In this document: piece by piece, positions 27,634-32,000 of the stretch | Layout of the letters: each line of letters opens with the position of its first letter | Position numbering within the stretch: position 1 is the first letter of the stretch | Assembly (NCBI GenBank): GCA_048939725.1 | Contig: JBHLPG010000016.1 | Location: 299-32,298 of the forward strand | Source of the DNA: Promethearchaeota archaeon | Lineage (GTDB): Archaea > Asgardarchaeota > Heimdallarchaeia > Hodarchaeales > Hodarchaeaceae | Reading direction: 5' to 3' | DNA: 32,000 bases | Translations under genes and position numbers: made by a program | Notes under the pieces: generated by a model | What the model was told of the DNA's origin: nothing | Seen by the model: the letters and a program-made list of their open reading frames with translations, nothing else | Database searches by the model: none

Positions 27634-27884
27634 CTTCTTCTTACGCCTAAGTTTCAACTCTTTTCTATTTTGATTTCAATGATTAATTGGTTTAAGCATT
27701 GTTTCTCATATATTTTCCTTGATTTGGGAATGTGAGGTAAATAATATATTGGTAGTTAGATTGAAGTTTAATAGACCTTTATTATGATGAAGGTCAAAAT
27801 AGTAGGTTACAAGACTATTGATATAACTGCTATCAATCTCTTATTAAATATTGAAGTTTAATCTTAATTCGACGGAGACGTTAA

Positions 27885-28796
27885 ATGGTATTCTCTCCAA
27901 TAGCTCAAAGTTATTTTGACGAATTCCCATTTCATCGAAGTTCTCCACGAAAACCATCGTCAGGTTTTTTTTTCTTATCTCACGCACATTCTGACCATAC
28001 ATCTGGTCTCCGATCAAGTCTCTCTGATCCTGATGTCACTATTGTATGTTCTAAAGAAACTGCAGCTGTTGTCGGGGTTCTCTATGGAATTCCCCAAGAA
28101 AAATGTCTAGAAGTAAGATCAAATCAATCCCTAGACTTTGATAATTTCACTGTTCATGCAATAGACGCTAATCATTGCGTTGGTAGTTTATCATATATAA
28201 TAGAATCAAAAGATGGATTAAAAGAAGTGTATACAGGTGATTTTAGGCTAGGAACTCCGATTTTGGACGAACTCAGCTTACTTGAAGGAGCTAGCCATCT
28301 CTGGGTAGACTATACTTACGGGAAAGATCCCATATTTAGATTTCCTTCAAGAGAGAAAATGATTTCAGAAATTATTACTTTAATACTTACAGAAGGAAAC
28401 TATCCAGCAAGAGATGTCTGGATATCATCCTATCAAATAGGGAAAGAAAAGCTCCTTAAAACAATCAGTGACGCATTGAAGGTGAAAATATGGGCACCAG
28501 ATCTTAAAGTGAAAACCTACAAAGAAATTGGAGGAGAATGGGATATTTTTACCACTGATAGAGATTCAGGGGTATTTGTTGGGAGTCGTCGAATGGTTGA
28601 AAGATTGCATGGAATAGATAAAGAATATCATGATAAGATGTCTGAAGCTCTAAGAATCTCTCCAACGGGGTGGGCCTCACGGTTATACCAAAAGCATTTA
28701 GATGTGAATTTCTTTCCTTATTCTGATCACTGTTCATATTCTGAGGTTCATAAATTCATTGAGCTAGTTAACGCAGGAAGAATCGTAAAAATCTAA
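27885..28796 (+). CDS. SNM1/Pso2/Artemis-like metallo-beta-lactamase / beta-CASP DNA repair nuclease
   Basis: The HxHxDH motif is LSHAHSDHTSGL. A series of blocks follows that I recognise from eukaryotic SNM1/DCLRE1: IDANHCVGS (DANHCPG), YTGDFR (TGDFR), WVDYTY (LDTTY), YQIGKEKLL (IGKEK), ISPTGW (RPTGW), PYSDHCSYSEVHKFI (PYSEHSS..E...F). Confidence 0.8.
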   Translation: MVFSPIAQSYFDEFPFHRSSPRKPSSGFFFLSHAHSDHTSGLRSSLSDPDVTIVCSKETAAVVGVLYGIPQEKCLEVRSNQSLDFDNFTVHAIDANHCVGSLSYIIESKDGLKEVYTGDFRLGTPILDELSLLEGASHLWVDYTYGKDPIFRFPSREKMISEIITLILTEGNYPARDVWISSYQIGKEKLLKTISDALKVKIWAPDLKVKTYKEIGGEWDIFTTDRDSGVFVGSRRMVERLHGIDKEYHDKMSEALRISPTGWASRLYQKHLDVNFFPYSDHCSYSEVHKFIELVNAGRIVKI

Positions 28797-28878
28797 AGAA
28801 ATGCTAGCTTTTCAAAAAAGACAAAAAAGTCTTTTTAAATTCTCCCAAATTAACAATCCAATATGAAGGGGACCTGCT

Positions 28879-31074
28879 TTGAGCGTAAATAATCTTCGAG
28901 ATATACGGGGAATTGGCCCATCAGTGGAAGAAAAATTGAAAGCATATTTTAAAGGCGAAACAAACGCTCTCATGGCATTACGAGAATCCCGAATAGCTGA
29001 AATATCCTCTATCGAAGGGATTGGCGAAAGATTTGCTCTGAGTATGTGTCGTAACCTTCATTTTCAGGAAACTGGGGAACAGATTCAGAATTTCTTGAAA
29101 ACAGAAGACGCAATCCTACTTTATAATAGAGTTATAGATATCATATCAAAATTTGCGAACACTGCGTATTCTAAATCAAAATTATATTTATTCTTCCCAT
29201 TGCCAATTTCAGCGATAACTAAGATTAAGGACAGACAAAAGACAACCCGACGTGCCCAGAAGTTAGTATCTTTGATTAAAAAATCTCCTCATTCTTTTAA
29301 AGAGTATGATAAACTCCTCAGGAACCTTTCACCTCTCAAAGAAAATATTGATCATTTAGATACAGCATCACGAGTCGTCGCGACTGCAGATAAGCAGATT
29401 TATGAAGAATTATCAACGAACGAGATTGGGAGATATTGTGAGGTCATTTTTATCGATGAAATTGAACAAATCTCTGGATTCATTGAAGGCTACGATGAAA
29501 TTGTTTGGATCGGTTCAGATATTTTGCTTGAAGAAGGGGTCTCGAACGCAATAACTATTTCAGAGGCCCAACGTAATGATATGATTAGGATAATCCCAGA
29601 AAAAACTCTTAGTTTATTTGCTAGCAATAAAACAATTCTCGAATCAATCTCTGGAATAGCAAAACTGTTGAAGACTATTTCAACATTAGAATTAACAGTA
29701 TATATTGGGGATTTAGATCTCGATATGCTTATAGAAATGGGTAAAGAACTTTTAAATCTCGAGGAATCAGGTGAACCAACAGAACTATTCAACGAGGAAT
29801 ATTCACGTCTTTTAATGGCCGATCAGAGCTTTGATAACCACTTAAGCGAAGTATTGTTATCATTAAACGAAAATCTAGAGAAAACGCTTCAAGACACTAC
29901 GGTCCATTTAGAGGGTGAAAAAATACTTGCTCTTCTCAAAGGTATGGCAGAGGATGATCATGGATACTCTAGGGATAGTGGAAAGGCAGAATTACGTGAA
30001 TATCTTGATGATGAGCTATATTTAGCAGTTGAAGAGATTGTAACCAAAGCCGAGGAACAGCTCGTTACAAAATTAAATCTAAGAAGTGAAGAAACTGATT
30101 ATCTTACAGGAATTTTCCCAAGAGAACTTCAGTATCCCGTTGATCCTGTTGAAGATGTAGTTACTAGGATAAAAACCTATTTACGACAATCACGAGCTAT
30201 TAAAGCATTTGAACTCAAAATTACATTAGCTAAATCTCTTAAGCGATTCGAAGACGTTGCTAAAAGTGCATTAAATTATATGTTTGAGTTGGATTTTCTT
30301 TTAATGATTGGTAAATTTGCTCGTTCTCATGATTTAGTTTTACCTCAACTTGTTGAAGGCCAGGGCACAGGGCTCCTTGTGGAAGAAAGTCGAAATCTTT
30401 TTCTAATTCAACAAGAGCGCAGGGGGCTTTTAAAAGTTGAACCAGTCTCATATGCACTAGGAGAAATTGGTAAGATTGCAGGAAGTGTTGATGGTGAACG
30501 GATAATTCTTCTGTCAGGTGCAAATAGTGGTGGAAAGACCACATTAATTGTCACTGTCGCAGTATTAGTCATTCTTGGACAAATAGGTCTCCCAATTCCG
30601 TGTAAACGAGCTCAACTCGGAGGTTTCAATGAATTACACTATTACCGTAAAGCTTCTGGACAAATGGATGCTGGTGCTTTTGAGACCACGTTACGAACAC
30701 TATCCCAAATGATAATGAGTCCTAATTCTCGATTGGTATTAGCTGATGAAATGGAAAGTATGTCTGAGCCAGGCGCATCCGCTCGGGTGATTGGAGCCTT
30801 TTTAGATTTATTAGGACGATCATCAAACTCTGTCGGAGTTTTTGTGACCCATCTAGCGCAATTAATTGCGGAGTATACTAAGGAGAAGCTGCGCATCGAT
30901 GGAATAGAAGCCAAAGGGCTGTCAAAAAATCTTGAACTTCTAGTGAATAGAACACCACTTTACTATCAATATGCAAAATCAACTCCTGAATTGATTGTAA
31001 GAAGATTGCAACAAATATCTAAAGGTGAGGAAAAAGAAATTTACTCCTATATATTAGAAAGATTTGAATCTTAA
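28879..31074 (+). CDS. MutS-related ABC-type ATPase (MutS domain V-like) with N-terminal tandem helix-hairpin-helix motifs
   Basis: Walker A is LLSGANSGGKTT (MutS: GPNMGGKST). Walker B is LVLADEMES (MutS: LvllDElGrGT). FVTHLAQL corresponds to MutS faTHy.eL. The N-terminal HhH motifs are LRDIRGIGPSVEEKL and ISSIEGIGERFA. TTG is the only possible in-frame start. Confidence 0.8.
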   Translation: MSVNNLRDIRGIGPSVEEKLKAYFKGETNALMALRESRIAEISSIEGIGERFALSMCRNLHFQETGEQIQNFLKTEDAILLYNRVIDIISKFANTAYSKSKLYLFFPLPISAITKIKDRQKTTRRAQKLVSLIKKSPHSFKEYDKLLRNLSPLKENIDHLDTASRVVATADKQIYEELSTNEIGRYCEVIFIDEIEQISGFIEGYDEIVWIGSDILLEEGVSNAITISEAQRNDMIRIIPEKTLSLFASNKTILESISGIAKLLKTISTLELTVYIGDLDLDMLIEMGKELLNLEESGEPTELFNEEYSRLLMADQSFDNHLSEVLLSLNENLEKTLQDTTVHLEGEKILALLKGMAEDDHGYSRDSGKAELREYLDDELYLAVEEIVTKAEEQLVTKLNLRSEETDYLTGIFPRELQYPVDPVEDVVTRIKTYLRQSRAIKAFELKITLAKSLKRFEDVAKSALNYMFELDFLLMIGKFARSHDLVLPQLVEGQGTGLLVEESRNLFLIQQERRGLLKVEPVSYALGEIGKIAGSVDGERIILLSGANSGGKTTLIVTVAVLVILGQIGLPIPCKRAQLGGFNELHYYRKASGQMDAGAFETTLRTLSQMIMSPNSRLVLADEMESMSEPGASARVIGAFLDLLGRSSNSVGVFVTHLAQLIAEYTKEKLRIDGIEAKGLSKNLELLVNRTPLYYQYAKSTPELIVRRLQQISKGEEKEIYSYILERFES

Positions 31075-31091
31075 GCATTTGAATCTTAAGC
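31062..31091. repeat. Perfect 15-bp tandem duplication (ATTTGAATCTTAAGC x2, plus a partial third ATT) spanning the MutS-like stop codon
   Basis: Read directly: 31062-31076 is identical to 31077-31091. Each copy carries an in-frame TAA for the MutS-like frame and a TGA in the downstream ORF frame. Confidence 0.9.
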
Positions 31092-32000
31092 ATTCCTGAA
31101 GCTCCTCCATTTGATTTTCAAGCCGAATTAGATGCATTAGAAGAAGAACAAGAAAGTATTTCAGATGTCTCACTTCTAAGATCGTTAGAAAAGGCACAGC
31201 AGACTCAGCTGACAGCCAATATTAATCTCGCTAAACAAAAACTAAACAATGAAAAAGTTCGGTCTATTAAAAACACTCAGAAAGCTTTTCCTAAGAAGAT
31301 TTCAAAGAAAATACATAAACCTCTGCAAATTAATCAGCAATCATTGGATAATTTCACTCGTTCCAAGACGATTAATCATACAGAAGATGATATAGTAGCA
31401 CTGAAAACCCTAGACCAGCGTATCACACAATTTAATCTCAGAATGAAATTCAACGAAACTTTTAAACAACCTACTCCTGATGATTTTCTTACAACATTTC
31501 AAGAACTCTATGATGAAGGAGTTTCAAAGGGAAAAACTTTTGTAAGGAACTCAGATACTGATTATTTTTATCTGGAAGATTACACAGAGTTAGCGAACGA
31601 TATTAAACTCCATTCAGTTTTATTCGATCCTAATGCTCCGAGTCGTGTTCCTATAGACCAACCATTAATCGCGCTAGTTGGGGGAGGTCCTCGGGATTTA
31701 GTAGCTCTGAAAGACAAGCTGCTGTTTTTAAAAACTGGTAGTACACTTAAGGGGGAATTTTTTTTAATAAAAGGTAAAAATTTTGGTGGAAAAAAGAGTT
31801 GGGCATACCTTCTTCAGCATTCAAACCCTAAAAGTGTAAGAGACCATTCTAAAACTTTATTTAATGGTATGACTGAACCTGTAAATGATAAAAAGATCTT
31901 TCGTAAGTTAAGAAACATAAATGGACTTTCTGACAAAAAATACAACAGTTTAAGCTTTTTTAAGTTGAAACATTCTTTTAATGATGTCGAAAGAGTAATT
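31083..32000 (+). CDS. Hypothetical protein, 3'-truncated by the window edge; start codon unresolved
   Basis: My own translation of the frame opening at 31083 is stop-free to the window end (IPEAPPFDFQAELDALEEEQES...LIALVGGGPRDLVALKDKLLFLKTGSTLKGEFFLIKGKNFGGKK...). The first canonical in-frame starts are TTG 31344 and ATG 31443. It is not in the ORF track because it runs off the edge. Confidence 0.5.
   Translation, partial: MLSIPEAPPFDFQAELDALEEEQESISDVSLLRSLEKAQQTQLTANINLAKQKLNNEKVRSIKNTQKAFPKKISKKIHKPLQINQQSLDNFTRSKTINHTEDDIVALKTLDQRITQFNLRMKFNETFKQPTPDDFLTTFQELYDEGVSKGKTFVRNSDTDYFYLEDYTELANDIKLHSVLFDPNAPSRVPIDQPLIALVGGGPRDLVALKDKLLFLKTGSTLKGEFFLIKGKNFGGKKSWAYLLQHSNPKSVRDHSKTLFNGMTEPVNDKKIFRKLRNINGLSDKKYNSLSFFKLKHSFNDVERVI

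Noticed and set aside
27576-27650. Reading the locus as a conventional colinear 5S rRNA starting at CTCGGCC
   Set aside because: After GAACCCGGAA the sequence continues ACAGAGTCTCCTTCTTC. This continuation lacks GTTAAGC, the helix II return strand and the loop E/helix IV-V arm. All of those elements are upstream, so only the permuted reading yields a complete 5S.
27535-27735. 66-aa ORF from the ORF track (MCASQREHREAEYCSAKGPGLHPVSFRT...)
   Set aside because: It lies entirely over the 5S rRNA sequence and its trailer. Its composition reflects structured RNA rather than protein, and it has no plausible translation signals. It is treated as spurious.
2007-30914. About 25 short (60-124 aa) ORFs on the opposite strand or in alternative frames inside larger genes (e.g. 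2007-2195, 4522-4896, 5057-5362, 8737-8997, 10225-10542, 17952-18308, 22271-22513, 25624-25905, 29490-29792, 30260-30544)
   Set aside because: Each is fully embedded in a longer ORF with strong family signatures or coding character. Their translations are low-complexity (S/I/L/F-rich) shadow-ORF sequences.
1-32000. Search for CRISPR arrays, transposases/integrases, tRNA genes, prophage or toxin-antitoxin modules
   Set aside because: I saw no regularly spaced direct repeats, no recombinase- or transposase-like ORFs, no cloverleaf-capable GC-rich 70-90 nt islands in the spacers, and no small paired ORFs typical of TA systems.

Overview
AT-rich archaeal chromosomal window. All recognisable housekeeping genes are archaeal/eukaryote-like, with no bacterial-type genes, transposases, integrases or CRISPR. 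The Roadblock/LC7 protein, longin-like modules and SNM1-like nuclease are compatible with an Asgard-type lineage; this is inference only. Left third (1-11.3 kb): NAD kinase (truncated), aIF5A, then the classical archaeal exosome/proteasome superoperon (psmA, SBDS, rrp4, rrp41, rrp42, L37Ae, Brix, Pcc1, prefoldin beta, DUF3194-like). After it come an Ncs6/TtcA-type tRNA thiolase, CDC48, aEF-1beta and its usual Zn-ribbon neighbour. Middle (11.4-24.8 kb) is accessory-looking: an orphan Roadblock/LC7 protein, an unknown Cys-rich protein, an archaeal type IV pilin-like protein and a HIT protein. A locus of uncharacterised envelope genes follows: a membrane-anchored double winged-helix regulator, two paralogous secreted proteins (one with a PGF-CTERM-like anchor), an 873-aa polytopic membrane protein, and a convergent HerA/FtsK-type ATPase. 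The last two share a longin/roadblock-like module. Right third: trxB, a PTPS/QueD-like plus MptE-like pterin pair, an SNM1/Pso2-like beta-CASP nuclease, an HhH-MutS-like ATPase and a truncated unknown ORF. The most striking observation is at 27489-27633. It is a 5S rRNA gene whose two halves are in circularly permuted order (3' half, 5-nt loop, 5' half). It is flanked by a leader/trailer helix with bulge-helix-bulge geometry. Predicted cleavage and ligation there would release exactly 120 nt and recreate the conserved CCCGGAAGUUAAG junction. Many ORF-track starts are GTG/TTG, so several 5' ends are uncertain by a few codons.
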